In this document: positions 1-11,173 of the stretch, piece after piece
Layout: each line of letters starts with the position of its first letter
Position numbering within the stretch: position 1 is the stretch's first letter
Assembly (NCBI GenBank): GCA_965205655.1
Contig: CBDBIJ010000022.1
Coordinates: 32,001-96,000 of the forward strand
Direction: 5' to 3'
DNA: 64,000 bases
From: Candidatus Latescibacterota bacterium
Lineage (GTDB): Bacteria > Latescibacterota > UBA2968 > UBA8231
Notes under the pieces: model-generated
What the model was told of the DNA's origin: nothing
Database searches by the model: none
The model's input: the letters and a program-made list of their open reading frames with translations, nothing else
Translations under genes and position numbers: made by a program

Positions 1-1
1 C

Positions 2-358
2 GCCACGGTGGGCAGCACCGGCACCTGCACAGTTGGAGAGGGTAGACTCGACCTGCAGATCTATTGCAGGAAGGGATGGATCGAGCTGGAGTACATCGGG
101 CTGACAGGAACCGTGCACTTCGAGGACGGTAGCGAGGAGGACCTCTCACCTGGAAAGGACGCAGAGGTCGGCTACGGCGAGTTCACAGCCTACCCCGCTC
201 ACCTGCCCTGCGAGAATCTCGTCGACATCATACTCGAACGCGGACCGAACCTGTCGCCCGGCGTCTATGGCTGGCGCAGCGTCGAGCTGCTCGATGCCGC
301 CTACCAGTCGGCAGCTCAGGATGGCCGCGTCGTTACCGTCGACTCGCTCTACGCCTGA
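2..358 (+). CDS. Gfo/Idh/MocA oxidoreductase, C-terminal part (5' truncated by window edge)
   Basis: Open frame from the edge; ends 'GWRSVELLDAAYQSAAQDGRVV', typical of Gfo/Idh/MocA C-termini. Confidence 0.6.
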   Translation, partial: ATVGSTGTCTVGEGRLDLQIYCRKGWIELEYIGLTGTVHFEDGSEEDLSPGKDAEVGYGEFTAYPAHLPCENLVDIILERGPNLSPGVYGWRSVELLDAAYQSAAQDGRVVTVDSLYA

Positions 359-1021
359 TCAGCGCTTGCGCGCCAGGGTGAGTCCGTCGCCGATCGACAA
401 CAGGGACATATCAACCCGCTCGTCGTCTCTGATGGCGGCGTTCAGCTCTCGGATCGCCACCGTGTCTTCATCGTCTTCCTCGGGCTTCGCCGGACGCCCC
501 GCCCACAGCACGTTGTCGATCATGATGAGACCTCCAGCTCGAACCAGCTCCAGACACCGTTCGTAGTAGGTCCTGTAGTTGACCTTGTCGGCGTCGATGA
601 AAGCCATGTCGTAGCCGCCCGCTTCGCCGGCCGTCAGCATCTTCTCCAAGGTCTCCGCCGCCGGACCCAGGCGCAGCTCGATTCTGTCCGCCACCCCCGC
701 CTTCTTCCAATAGCGCCGCGCCACTTTGGCGTAGTCTTCGCTCACATCGCAGGCGATCAGAATGCCGTCGTCGGGCAGCGCTTGCGCCATGACCGTGCTG
801 CTGTATCCGGTGAATGTTCCCACCTCGATGATCCGTCGCGCCTCCGTCAACCGTACGAGCAGTGCCATGAACTGCCCCTGATCGGGCGAGATCTGCATCA
901 CGCCGCTCGGCATCTCCGCCGTCTCCTGCCGCAGCTGCTTCAGCAGCGGTGTGTCGCGTAGCGAGGTGTCGAGGATGTAATCGAAGAGTTTCTCGTCGAT
1001 ATAGTCGTTTCTGCTGCTCAT
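359..1021 (-). CDS. Class I SAM-dependent O-methyltransferase (caffeoyl-CoA OMT-like)
   Basis: MQISPDQGQFM, EVGTFTGYS, FIDADKVNY and IDNVLW motifs. Confidence 0.92.
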   Translation of the reverse strand: MSSRNDYIDEKLFDYILDTSLRDTPLLKQLRQETAEMPSGVMQISPDQGQFMALLVRLTEARRIIEVGTFTGYSSTVMAQALPDDGILIACDVSEDYAKVARRYWKKAGVADRIELRLGPAAETLEKMLTAGEAGGYDMAFIDADKVNYRTYYERCLELVRAGGLIMIDNVLWAGRPAKPEEDDEDTVAIRELNAAIRDDERVDMSLLSIGDGLTLARKR

Positions 1022-1034
1022 CTGCCGCGCTCCA

Positions 1035-2264
1035 TCACTCGCCGATAATCAGCTGCAGCGATTTCAGTTTCCGCAGCGCCAGCAGCTCATCCCACTCTAG
1101 GTCCTGCTCGGCCAATCGCATGTTCGGTATCCGTCGCAGGATTGAGTTGATGGCGAGTTGCGTCTCGATCCTGGCGAGCGGTCCGCCGATGCAGAAGTGA
1201 ATGCCGTGACCGAACGCGACGTGCTTGTTTTCTCGCCTTTTGATATCCAGCTGATCCGGCTCGGGGAACTGCTCCGGGTCGCGGTTCGCTGCTCCGATGA
1301 AGAGAGCTACGTACTGCCCCCTCTCGATCCGCTGTCCGCGCAACTCGAGGTCGACGTTCGCGACCCGCGCCTGTCGCATCACTGAGTTATCGTATCTGAG
1401 AAACTCCTCGACCGCGCCCTCGATGAGGCTCGAATCGGACCGCAGCAGCTCGAGCTGGTCCGGAAATCGAAGCAGTGCCAGCACGGCGTTGCCGATCAGG
1501 CCTTCGGTTGTCTCGAACCCGGCGAAGAACAGTTGCACAACCATCGAGATGAGCTCATCGCCGCTGAGCCTGTCACCCTCATGCTCCGCCTCGACGAGTG
1601 CCGTCATCAGGTCATCCTGCGGTTCGCTTCGGCGTCGGGCAGCGAGGTCCAGGAGGTACTCCTTGGCCGCCAGCACGCTCTGCTGTGCGTGTTCCGTCTT
1701 CTCGGGAGTGACGGCGCCGGACGAGAGAAATCCAGCGATGTCGTCGGACCATTCGTGCACGTGGCCGCGGTCCTCGCGCGGGATCCCGAGCATCTCGCAG
1801 ATGACGATGGCCGGGACGTGAAAAGCGAACTCGGCGACGAGATCTATCCGATCACGCCCCTCGAAGGTATCCAGCAGCTCATCGACGATGAGCTGAATCT
1901 TCGGTCGCAGATCGATCAGCGTGCGCGCCGTGAAGGCCTTGCCAATCAGGTTGCGGAGCCTGGTGTGATCCGGCGGATCGGTAAAAACCATCATGCTGGT
2001 CATGTGGTTGAGCAGCGGACGGTACCGCCCCTGGGACCCCGGCGGGAGCCGGTCCAGGATGGAGGCAATCCGGTCTCCGCAGTTCAGCCTCGGATCGGTG
2101 AGGCCCTGGAGGACGTCGTCGTAGCGCGTGACGAGCCAGGCCTGCAGGCGCTCGCACCAGTAGACGGGCGCTTCGGCCCGCAGCTGACGAAAGAGGGGAT
2201 ACGGATCGGCGAAGTACTCCGGCGTCAGGAAAACCTCATCGAAGGAGCCAGGCGCGGAATCCAT
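1035..2264 (-). CDS. Cytochrome P450
   Basis: DPPDHTRLR, AGFETT (I-helix), EEFLRY (ExxR), FGHGIHFCIG heme ligand; start MDSAPG at 2264 overlaps the upstream stop (TGATG). Confidence 0.95.
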   Translation of the reverse strand: MDSAPGSFDEVFLTPEYFADPYPLFRQLRAEAPVYWCERLQAWLVTRYDDVLQGLTDPRLNCGDRIASILDRLPPGSQGRYRPLLNHMTSMMVFTDPPDHTRLRNLIGKAFTARTLIDLRPKIQLIVDELLDTFEGRDRIDLVAEFAFHVPAIVICEMLGIPREDRGHVHEWSDDIAGFLSSGAVTPEKTEHAQQSVLAAKEYLLDLAARRRSEPQDDLMTALVEAEHEGDRLSGDELISMVVQLFFAGFETTEGLIGNAVLALLRFPDQLELLRSDSSLIEGAVEEFLRYDNSVMRQARVANVDLELRGQRIERGQYVALFIGAANRDPEQFPEPDQLDIKRRENKHVAFGHGIHFCIGGPLARIETQLAINSILRRIPNMRLAEQDLEWDELLALRKLKSLQLIIGE

Positions 2265-3295
2265 CAATCCGTCCGTCGCAGTAGCTCGCCATCCGTCGGC
2301 CGCGCGTACGGCAGCTGCAGATCCGCCACCGTCAGAAAACCGGGCCGCGCCTCCACCACCCTCGGGATGCAGTTGGCGATCATGGCTGCCGTTCCCAGCT
2401 GGGGCTGACACCCCGGGTTGATCACGAGATTGATGGAGTTGAGGCCCTCGATGGAAATCGAGTCCTCCGCCGTGTAGCCGGCCTGTCCGCCGTAGGCGGT
2501 GAACTCCGCCGCGATCCAGGGATCGCCTGCCACGAAGCCCGTCACTCGCTGCACCAACCCGCCCGTCTTTCCGGGTTCCACCTTCAGGTGCTCGTTCACC
2601 GAGCCGTCTTCGGCGACCATCGACTCGAACGACTCCGTAATCCGCTCGAGGCTCCTCCCTAAACATTTCGCTACGAGCGCAAATCCCTGCCTGAACCCGA
2701 TGTGTCCGGTGATTGCACCGGCGCTCACCCGCTCTTCGAACTCCGCCGGCGAGAACCCCAATCCCATCCGTCGTTGAATGGTGGCGCTGAATCGGGAAAT
2801 GTCGACGACCCGTCGTATCCGAATACTGCGCACGTCCCAGGCGATGGCAGACACAGTCAGTACCAGCGTATCGAAGATGAAGCCGGGGTTGAGTCCCACC
2901 CCGAGCAGGGTTACGCCGCGCTGCCTGGCCAGCTCATCCAGCTCGTTGGCGAGCCCCTCGTCGATCGACCACGGATAGAAAGCCTCTTCGGCCGTGGTGA
3001 TGACGTCGAGTCCGCGCTCGGCGCCGGCGCGCACGTCGTCCGCCACCTCTCTCAGGAACGACGTCGTCGCCACCAGCAGCAGATCGGCCGGTTTCGCCAG
3101 TGCTTCCTCCCGGCTGGCGACGACCTGAACGCCCAGCGGCTCGACTCCGGCGAGCACACCCACATCCTGTCCTACGAGATTGGGGTTGCGCGAGCACGCC
3201 GCCACCACCTCGTAGCCGGGCCGCGCGCTCAATAAGCGCGTGACGTTGCGGCCCACGCCGCCGACCCCCGATAGAATGACTCCGATCTCCGACAT
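2264..3295 (-). CDS. NAD(P)H-dependent amine dehydrogenase / 2,4-diaminopentanoate dehydrogenase-like (DapB-N fold)
   Basis: GVGGVG Rossmann motif, VITTAEE, GLNPGF, GHIGF, TAAMIANCIPRVVEARPG. Confidence 0.8.
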   Translation of the reverse strand: MSEIGVILSGVGGVGRNVTRLLSARPGYEVVAACSRNPNLVGQDVGVLAGVEPLGVQVVASREEALAKPADLLLVATTSFLREVADDVRAGAERGLDVITTAEEAFYPWSIDEGLANELDELARQRGVTLLGVGLNPGFIFDTLVLTVSAIAWDVRSIRIRRVVDISRFSATIQRRMGLGFSPAEFEERVSAGAITGHIGFRQGFALVAKCLGRSLERITESFESMVAEDGSVNEHLKVEPGKTGGLVQRVTGFVAGDPWIAAEFTAYGGQAGYTAEDSISIEGLNSINLVINPGCQPQLGTAAMIANCIPRVVEARPGFLTVADLQLPYARPTDGELLRRTD

Positions 3296-3308
3296 CGCGA
3301 TGACGCGC

Positions 3309-4751
3309 CTACAGATCCAGGTCGCCCAGAAGCTCGCCGAACTGGGCGACGATGAGGTCGACGCACTCTTTTACAGGCGGTGCGGATATGTTGTACGACT
3401 TCAGCGACGCGTCGATGGCCATACCCCCCTGCCTGACCGTCTCCGCCGAAGGCCAGTAGGCGAAAACGCCGTTGCAGTAGCCGCCGAAAATCGTGTGAGC
3501 GGCCTTCGACCGTTGCTTGACTCCCAGTCCGATCTCCACGAACGGCTCGCCCGGCATGGTGACGAGAGCGATGTCGTCTATCCGAAAACCAACGATGTCG
3601 AAGGTGAGGTCTTCCTGGGTGATGCCCGACTCGATCTTGTCGACCACGCCCTGAGCCCAGCGTTCCACCAGACGGGCGGGATAAGTCTTTGTAGGTGATT
3701 CCCCCGCGCTCTCCAGCTTCCGCACGTTTTCGCTCGCCGCGGCCAGTGCCGCTTCCGCCTCCTCCGGCGAAGGCAGCTCTTGAAGCGGCACCGTCGCCTG
3801 ACGGCTCGCTGACTTGAGGATCCGATGGGTCGGTCCTTCGCTGAACTCCTTGTGATAAAAGGCGACGTTCGACAGCGAGGCGCCCTCCTCCCGCACCACC
3901 TCGTGGGGGTGGGTTTCAATATCGAAAAACGCCTGCACTGCCGCTCCACCGATGATGCCACCCGTCCGCTCCTTCTCGCCCCAGTCATCCTGGAGGAAGG
4001 ACAGCGTCGCCTGGTTGCCGGCTGCCCCGGTGAGGAAGAGACAGGCCGCCCCCGTGACCTGCTCGACGAGGCACCGCACCACACCGGGGTAGTCCTGGCT
4101 GAGGTAGTAGGTGTGATACCCCATCACCACCGGATGCGCCGCGTAGCTCACCAGCGTGGCGATCGGGTTGCCGTCGATATCGTCCACCCGCAGCACGTCG
4201 ACGCTGTGGTCGGTCGTGCCTTCCGGATTGCGCCCTACGAGCACCCGCCCGTCGGCAACCTTCTCCTCGCGGTTGATGGCCACGGCCGCTTGCCCGCTGC
4301 CGGCGCCGACGCGGGCGGGCTCTCTGTTGTCGTCGGCAAAGGCGGCCATACCTGCCAGCTGACCCTTCAGGTTCTCGATGTAGGAGTCGAGCACCGCCCG
4401 CTCGGTCGGGTCGCCGCCAACGTCGTGAACACCACCCAGCGTGCCTCGGGTCGTGCTGGGACCGTTGTGCGTGTGGGTGCAGCCGACGGCCACGCAGCTG
4501 GCGGAGGTTCCGACTCGGCCGGCGATCGCCTCTCGTATTTCCTGTGCGAGCGGCAGGTCGAAGCCGATCAGATCGCAATCGACGATGACGATTTTGGTGT
4601 TGTCGTCGGCCAGTAACAATGTCGTGGCCAGCAGTGACGACTCGACCGCCGTCGAGCCCTCCGTGCGCCTCATGGCGCCCTGCATCCGGAAACCCACCGG
4701 CGGCGTGATGTCCACCCGCGCGACTCCGGCGGTCAGAGTATTCTCGCTCAT
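3309..4751 (-). CDS. Neutral/alkaline ceramidase-like amidohydrolase
   Basis: AGVARVDITPP, THTHNGP, YAAHPV, DYPG, GAAGNQ, PGEPFVEIG. Confidence 0.8.
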   Translation of the reverse strand: MSENTLTAGVARVDITPPVGFRMQGAMRRTEGSTAVESSLLATTLLLADDNTKIVIVDCDLIGFDLPLAQEIREAIAGRVGTSASCVAVGCTHTHNGPSTTRGTLGGVHDVGGDPTERAVLDSYIENLKGQLAGMAAFADDNREPARVGAGSGQAAVAINREEKVADGRVLVGRNPEGTTDHSVDVLRVDDIDGNPIATLVSYAAHPVVMGYHTYYLSQDYPGVVRCLVEQVTGAACLFLTGAAGNQATLSFLQDDWGEKERTGGIIGGAAVQAFFDIETHPHEVVREEGASLSNVAFYHKEFSEGPTHRILKSASRQATVPLQELPSPEEAEAALAAASENVRKLESAGESPTKTYPARLVERWAQGVVDKIESGITQEDLTFDIVGFRIDDIALVTMPGEPFVEIGLGVKQRSKAAHTIFGGYCNGVFAYWPSAETVRQGGMAIDASLKSYNISAPPVKECVDLIVAQFGELLGDLDL

Positions 4752-4918
4752 TCTCTCTCTCTTCTCGTACGGGGTGTATTCGCTGCTGTGTGCCGTTGCC
4801 GTGCGCCTAACCTTTGCTCCCGGACTTCACCGTGTCAATGAGGGACAGCTTGACGTGTCTGGGCCATCAACTACGCTTTCGCCTCCGAATCAATCGGCCC
4901 ATCACTGGAGATTATCCG

Positions 4919-5947
4919 ATGAATCAACAGGAAAGATCAGAGCGTCTTCGCATCGAGCTCATTCACGCTCGTCACCTGGAAAAGAACAAGCTCGGAGACC
5001 CTGCCGACCGCAACCTCACCATCTTTCTGCCGCGCTCCTATCACAAGTCGAAGACCCGGCGCTACCCGGCGGCCTACCTCCTGCACGGCTTCGGCAGTTC
5101 TGCCTGGAACTGGGCAGCCGACTTCAACATTTCGACCGGGCCCAAGTGGCAATCCTTCACGCATTCGGCCGACGCCCTCATGGCGGGACGAAAATGCAAA
5201 GAGATGATCCTCGTCATGCCGGACGGCTGGAATCGGCTTGGGTGCAGTCAATGGGTCGATTCGGGTGTCAACGGCAACTACGCCAAATACGTCGCTGAGG
5301 ACGTGGTGAACTACGTCGACGCCAACTACCGAACGGTGGCCGAGCGATCGCATCGCATGGTTGGGGGTGTGTCGAGCGGAGGCATAGGCGCCTTTCACGT
5401 CGCTGGCGAAAATCCCGACGTCTTCGGCGCCGTGGCGATCAGAAGCGCCGATTGTTACTTCGAGGTGACGCACGTGCCGTGGTTGGCGCGTCTCGTGAAC
5501 GCCTCGTGGCCGAAGGGCTTTCGAGGTCCCCTGCCCGGCGATTTCGACACTTGGTACTGCTACGGACTCGCCGCAGCCTACTCACCGAACCCCCGCAAGC
5601 CGCCCTTCTACTGCGACCTGCCCATCAGCTTCCCCACAGGAGAGCTCATCGATGAAGTCTGGCAAAAGTGGCTCCACTTCGACCCCATCATCGCCTACGA
5701 GCGCTACGTGCCTGCGTTCAGGAGCATGAGTGTGTTTACCGACTGTGGATCGAAGGATGAGTACGATTTTCACCTCGGGCACAGGATTCTCCACGAGCGA
5801 CTCAAAAAAGCGCGCGTCAAGCACGTTTATGAAGAGTTCGACGGCAAGCACGGCAACCGCAACAACGAGCGGACGCTGCGAACACTGGAATGGTTCAGCT
5901 CTTTGCTGCCCGCAGGCGCCAGGCGACGAGTGACGCGGCGACGATGA
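4919..5947 (+). CDS. Alpha/beta-hydrolase esterase (enterochelin esterase-like)
   Basis: YLLHGF, GVSSGG nucleophile elbow, DCGSKDE, EEFDGKH; GGAG RBS before ATG 4919. Confidence 0.85.
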   Translation: MNQQERSERLRIELIHARHLEKNKLGDPADRNLTIFLPRSYHKSKTRRYPAAYLLHGFGSSAWNWAADFNISTGPKWQSFTHSADALMAGRKCKEMILVMPDGWNRLGCSQWVDSGVNGNYAKYVAEDVVNYVDANYRTVAERSHRMVGGVSSGGIGAFHVAGENPDVFGAVAIRSADCYFEVTHVPWLARLVNASWPKGFRGPLPGDFDTWYCYGLAAAYSPNPRKPPFYCDLPISFPTGELIDEVWQKWLHFDPIIAYERYVPAFRSMSVFTDCGSKDEYDFHLGHRILHERLKKARVKHVYEEFDGKHGNRNNERTLRTLEWFSSLLPAGARRRVTRRR

Positions 5948-6036
5948 GCCGCACTAACATGGCTCGCCCGGGCGCGACTGGTCCTTTCGATTCGATGCCC
6001 CCTCAGGCGCTATCGTCGACAGTGAAATCGTGGCAA

Positions 6037-7098
6037 CTACATCCAGCCGTGCTCTCTCGTCGTCACCATGCCCGATGATTGCGTTGCCCAGCTTGCCCCC
6101 CCTTCCAGCATCACCTCCCGACCGATGATGGCCGACTGCTCGGCGGCGAATACGATCTCCATGATGTGCCGGCCGTACTCTCCGTGCGTGGGCGGCTCGA
6201 TATCCTGCTGAATCGCCTCGGCGAACGTCCTCCACTCGTGGTGCAGATCATGCGGAGGCTCGTCGAACGGCACATCCTCCCACCGCTCTCCCTTTCCGAC
6301 CCGGACGTACTTCTCGAAGTGCTCGCTGAACTTGAGAGACCCGTTGGCGCAGATCACGTGGTTCTCGTAGGTCGGCCCGCCGTCCTGGTACCCCACTGTC
6401 ACGGCGACGCCTGAGAGCCCATTCTTGTAGCGGATGAACGCTGTGGCCGAGTCGTCGCTCGCCTGGTAGTGCGCCCGCGTGCCGATGGCCGCCGAGACTG
6501 ACACGGCCTGTGAGGCCATCATCCACGTGAGCCGGTCCACGACGTGAACGCCGTTCGTCATCCACATCCCCCCGCCGTGAAAGCGGCTGCGGTACTGAGG
6601 CGGGCGGGCGGAGAATCCCCAGTTCTTGCACATACACGCCACCGCCGTGATGATGGGCCCCAGCTCGCCCGAGTCGAGAATCTCTTTCGCCTTCATGCTC
6701 GTGGCGTAGAAGTGCTGCGTGTACCCCAGCATCAGCTTAACCCCGTTCGCCGCCGCTGCCGCCACCATGTCGTCGCACTGCTCCAGGTTGATCGCCATCG
6801 GTTTCTCCACCAGCACGTGCTTGCCGGCGTTGCACGCGTCCACGGTGAGCCGGTGATGCAGGTGATGGCCCAGAGTCACAGCCACCGCGTCGATCTCGTC
6901 ATCCCGAAGCAGCTCCTCGTGGGAGCCGTAGGACCTCGGCACTCCATACTCATCCATGAACTCCCGCCGTTTTTCCGGCAGCAGGTCAGCCACAGCGACG
7001 AGCTCGACTTGCTCTACCGTCGCGATCGCTTCACAGTGGACGTTGGCCATTCCCCCCAGCCCGATGATTCCAACTCGCACCTTCTCCACTCGGCGCAC
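6037..7098 (-). CDS. Gfo/Idh/MocA family oxidoreductase
   Basis: IIGLGGMA, AGKHVLVEKPMA, GGGMWMTNGVHVVD. Confidence 0.92.
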   Translation of the reverse strand: MRRVEKVRVGIIGLGGMANVHCEAIATVEQVELVAVADLLPEKRREFMDEYGVPRSYGSHEELLRDDEIDAVAVTLGHHLHHRLTVDACNAGKHVLVEKPMAINLEQCDDMVAAAAANGVKLMLGYTQHFYATSMKAKEILDSGELGPIITAVACMCKNWGFSARPPQYRSRFHGGGMWMTNGVHVVDRLTWMMASQAVSVSAAIGTRAHYQASDDSATAFIRYKNGLSGVAVTVGYQDGGPTYENHVICANGSLKFSEHFEKYVRVGKGERWEDVPFDEPPHDLHHEWRTFAEAIQQDIEPPTHGEYGRHIMEIVFAAEQSAIIGREVMLEGGASWATQSSGMVTTREHGWM

Positions 7099-7112
7099 CC
7101 TCCTCTATTATT

Positions 7113-7532
7113 TTGAGATCAATCTTCTATATTCCCCCGCAATCGACGCCGGGCCAAGCGGAGAAAATAATAGACAAAGCGACCCTGTTGCGCGCCAACG
7201 AAACCGAGAGTATATCCGATGAATGGGGATCCCTCACCTGGTACGCCGGACGCAAGCTCGGTAATTCCACCGACATGACCATCGGAAAGGCATTCATAAA
7301 ACCGGGCTGCGAGAATCCCCTGCACTCGCACCCGAACTGCTCCGAGGTGCTCGTCGTGCTGCAGGGCAGGATAGCGCATGTCATCGAGGACGGCAAAGAG
7401 GTGGAAATGGACGTGGGTGACACCATCAACTTGCCCCGAGCTCTGCCTCACAAGGCCCGCAACATCGGCGACGAGGACGCCGTCCTCTTCATCGCCTTCT
7501 CCTCAGCCGACAGGCAGATGAAGCTGGAGTGA
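7113..7532 (+). CDS. Cupin domain protein (start uncertain, possibly 7170)
   Basis: HSHPNCSE and GDTINLPRALPH cupin metal motifs. Confidence 0.8.
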   Translation: MRSIFYIPPQSTPGQAEKIIDKATLLRANETESISDEWGSLTWYAGRKLGNSTDMTIGKAFIKPGCENPLHSHPNCSEVLVVLQGRIAHVIEDGKEVEMDVGDTINLPRALPHKARNIGDEDAVLFIAFSSADRQMKLE

Positions 7533-7853
7533 TCACCCGATCTTGTCGCCGATACCATCTGCCAGCGCCCCCTTCCTCACCCCCACCACCGACACATCCT
7601 CTCGCCCCGCCTTTTGCGTCACCTGGCTCAGAGGCGAAACACGGTAAACCCGCGTCCCGAAGCGGCCCAGCCGCGCCAGCTCCCGCTGCGTGCCCGCTGC
7701 CAGGCTCGAATCGACGAACACGAATGCCAGCTCCTTCGTACGGCGCACGGCCGACAGCCCCAGCACTGTGTCTCCCGACTGGCAGCCGATGCCCACCAGA
7801 GACGCCAGCGATGCGGCTACTGCCGCGTCGAGCTCTTCAACTTCCGCTTCCAT
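7533..7853 (-). CDS. L7Ae/L30e-like (YlxQ-like) small RNA-binding protein
   Basis: 106 aa from ATG 7853: 'LVGIGCQSGDTVLGLSAV...FVFVDSSLAAGTQRELA...QKAGREDVSVVGVRKGALADGI' follows the L7Ae pattern. Confidence 0.55.
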   Translation of the reverse strand: MEAEVEELDAAVAASLASLVGIGCQSGDTVLGLSAVRRTKELAFVFVDSSLAAGTQRELARLGRFGTRVYRVSPLSQVTQKAGREDVSVVGVRKGALADGIGDKIG

Positions 7854-7907
7854 TTGCGCCTGCCTATAATAGTCCCCCCCACCGAACGAGACGAGTGAGG
7901 CCTGATC

Positions 7908-9596
<1,689 letters not shown>

Positions 9597-9611
9597 GCTC
9601 CCGCGGAAGTG

Positions 9612-9989
9612 TCACGAGTCGAGAATGGCGTACGCTTCGATCTCTACGCGCAGGTGGGGTTCCAGCAGCGCCGCGACGGCCACCAGCGTCGACGCCGGCA
9701 GGATCTGCCCGAACACCTCGCCGTGGGCGCGGGCCACGAGGTCTTTGTCTTTGGTGTCGGTGATGTAGACGACGGTGCGCACCACGTCGTCGAAGCTCGC
9801 TCCCGCCTCGGCCAGCGCCGTGCCGATGATCTCCAGCGCCCCCTTCGCCTGCTCGTAGGCATCACCCGTGTCGTGCGGCGGTCGGGCGCAGGTACCGGCG
9901 ACATGGACCTGCTCGCCCACACGCACCGCCCGGCAGTAACCAAAGGTGTCCTCGAAGGGCGCCCCCGACGATATGTTCGTCCGCGTCAC
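9612..9989 (-). CDS. RidA/YjgF family protein (lacks the catalytic Arg; Rid4-7 type)
   Basis: GYCRAVRVG, VEIEA; 'PASTLV' in place of PAR. Confidence 0.85.
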   Translation of the reverse strand: MTRTNISSGAPFEDTFGYCRAVRVGEQVHVAGTCARPPHDTGDAYEQAKGALEIIGTALAEAGASFDDVVRTVVYITDTKDKDLVARAHGEVFGQILPASTLVAVAALLEPHLRVEIEAYAILDS

Positions 9990-11128
9990 GGCAGCGCTCC
10001 CGCCTTGGCGACGTCGAGAACTTCGTAGACGCGAATCTCCTCCTTCAGGCCTCGCACTTGTGTATCACCGAGATCCCGCACTTCGAACTCACCCTGCTTT
10101 GCCAGCCTTCGATATGTCTGTTCGGTCATGATGATGCCGGCCTCTAGCCTCTTGCTCAGCCCCTCGCAGCGCGCCGCCACATTGACGGTGTTTCCGAAGG
10201 CGCAGGCGTCCATCCGCTCCGGTGTTCCGGCGATGCCGATCGCCACCGGGCCGGTGTTCAACCCAATCCCGATGCTGATCGGATCGTAGCCCGCGCGCTG
10301 GCGCCCGAGATTGTACTCCTTCATGATCTGTTTCTGCAGCGAAACAGCGGCGCGCACGGCGTTGTCCGTGCCCTGCTTCGGCTCGAACAGCCCCATGATT
10401 TCGTCCCCCACGTACTGGTAAACGAAGCCGCCGTTTTCGCGGATTGCCGGCTCGACGACGGCGAAAAAAGAGTTCAGGAAGTTGTAACACTCCGCCGGGG
10501 TGATCGACTCCGAAAACTCGGTGAAGTTCCGAATGTCGGCAGACAGGACGGTGTAGTCTTCTTCTCTGGCAAGCGCCCTGGCGATTTCGATCCGGTCACC
10601 GTCGAGACCCTCCGTAAAGATCTGCGGCACGAATTTTCGGAACAGCTCCATCTGGTGCTGCAGCTGCTCCGTCCTCTCTGCGATCCGTCTCTCCAGCTCC
10701 TTCTCGGACTGCCGCTGCCTTCGCAGGTTCGTGCAGGCCGCCGAGTGGTAACGCAAGCGCGCCAGTAGCTCGACCTTCGCCGCACCCTTCACCAGATAGT
10801 CGCTGGCACCGCGCTCGAAGGCTTCGGCCTTCAGCTCCGGCTCTTCCCTACCGGTGAGCACGATCACCGGTACATCCCGCAGCGTATCGTCCTGCTTGTA
10901 GGCCTCCATCAGATCCCACCCGTCGATGTCCGGCATCCGCAGATCTTGCAGGATGACGGTCGGCGAATGCTCTCCGGCTACCTCCAGCGCCTTGTTGGCG
11001 TCGAGACAGAAGCGGTAGGAGATATCCTCCTCGTTGGCGATCATCCGCGCCAGGAGCTTGCCGACGTCCTCTTGATCGTCGACCAGCAGAACGCGAACGC
11101 TCTGCGCCGTATGGTTGCCGTCAGTCAC
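9986..11128 (-). CDS. Response regulator receiver plus class III nucleotide cyclase
   Basis: REC (LLVDD, QDLRMP, DYLVK) and cyclase (ADIRNFT, YVGDE, GIGLNTG, FGNTVNVAAR). Confidence 0.9.
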   Translation of the reverse strand: MTDGNHTAQSVRVLLVDDQEDVGKLLARMIANEEDISYRFCLDANKALEVAGEHSPTVILQDLRMPDIDGWDLMEAYKQDDTLRDVPVIVLTGREEPELKAEAFERGASDYLVKGAAKVELLARLRYHSAACTNLRRQRQSEKELERRIAERTEQLQHQMELFRKFVPQIFTEGLDGDRIEIARALAREEDYTVLSADIRNFTEFSESITPAECYNFLNSFFAVVEPAIRENGGFVYQYVGDEIMGLFEPKQGTDNAVRAAVSLQKQIMKEYNLGRQRAGYDPISIGIGLNTGPVAIGIAGTPERMDACAFGNTVNVAARCEGLSKRLEAGIIMTEQTYRRLAKQGEFEVRDLGDTQVRGLKEEIRVYEVLDVAKAGALP

Positions 11129-11173
11129 CGATCCTCATCATCTCCGAGCTTGCGGCGCCCCGCTACGGCGCCA

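Noticed and set aside
2265..2666. N-terminal extension of the P450 ORF to 543 aa
   Set aside because: Overlaps the dehydrogenase gene in another frame; the real start is at 2264
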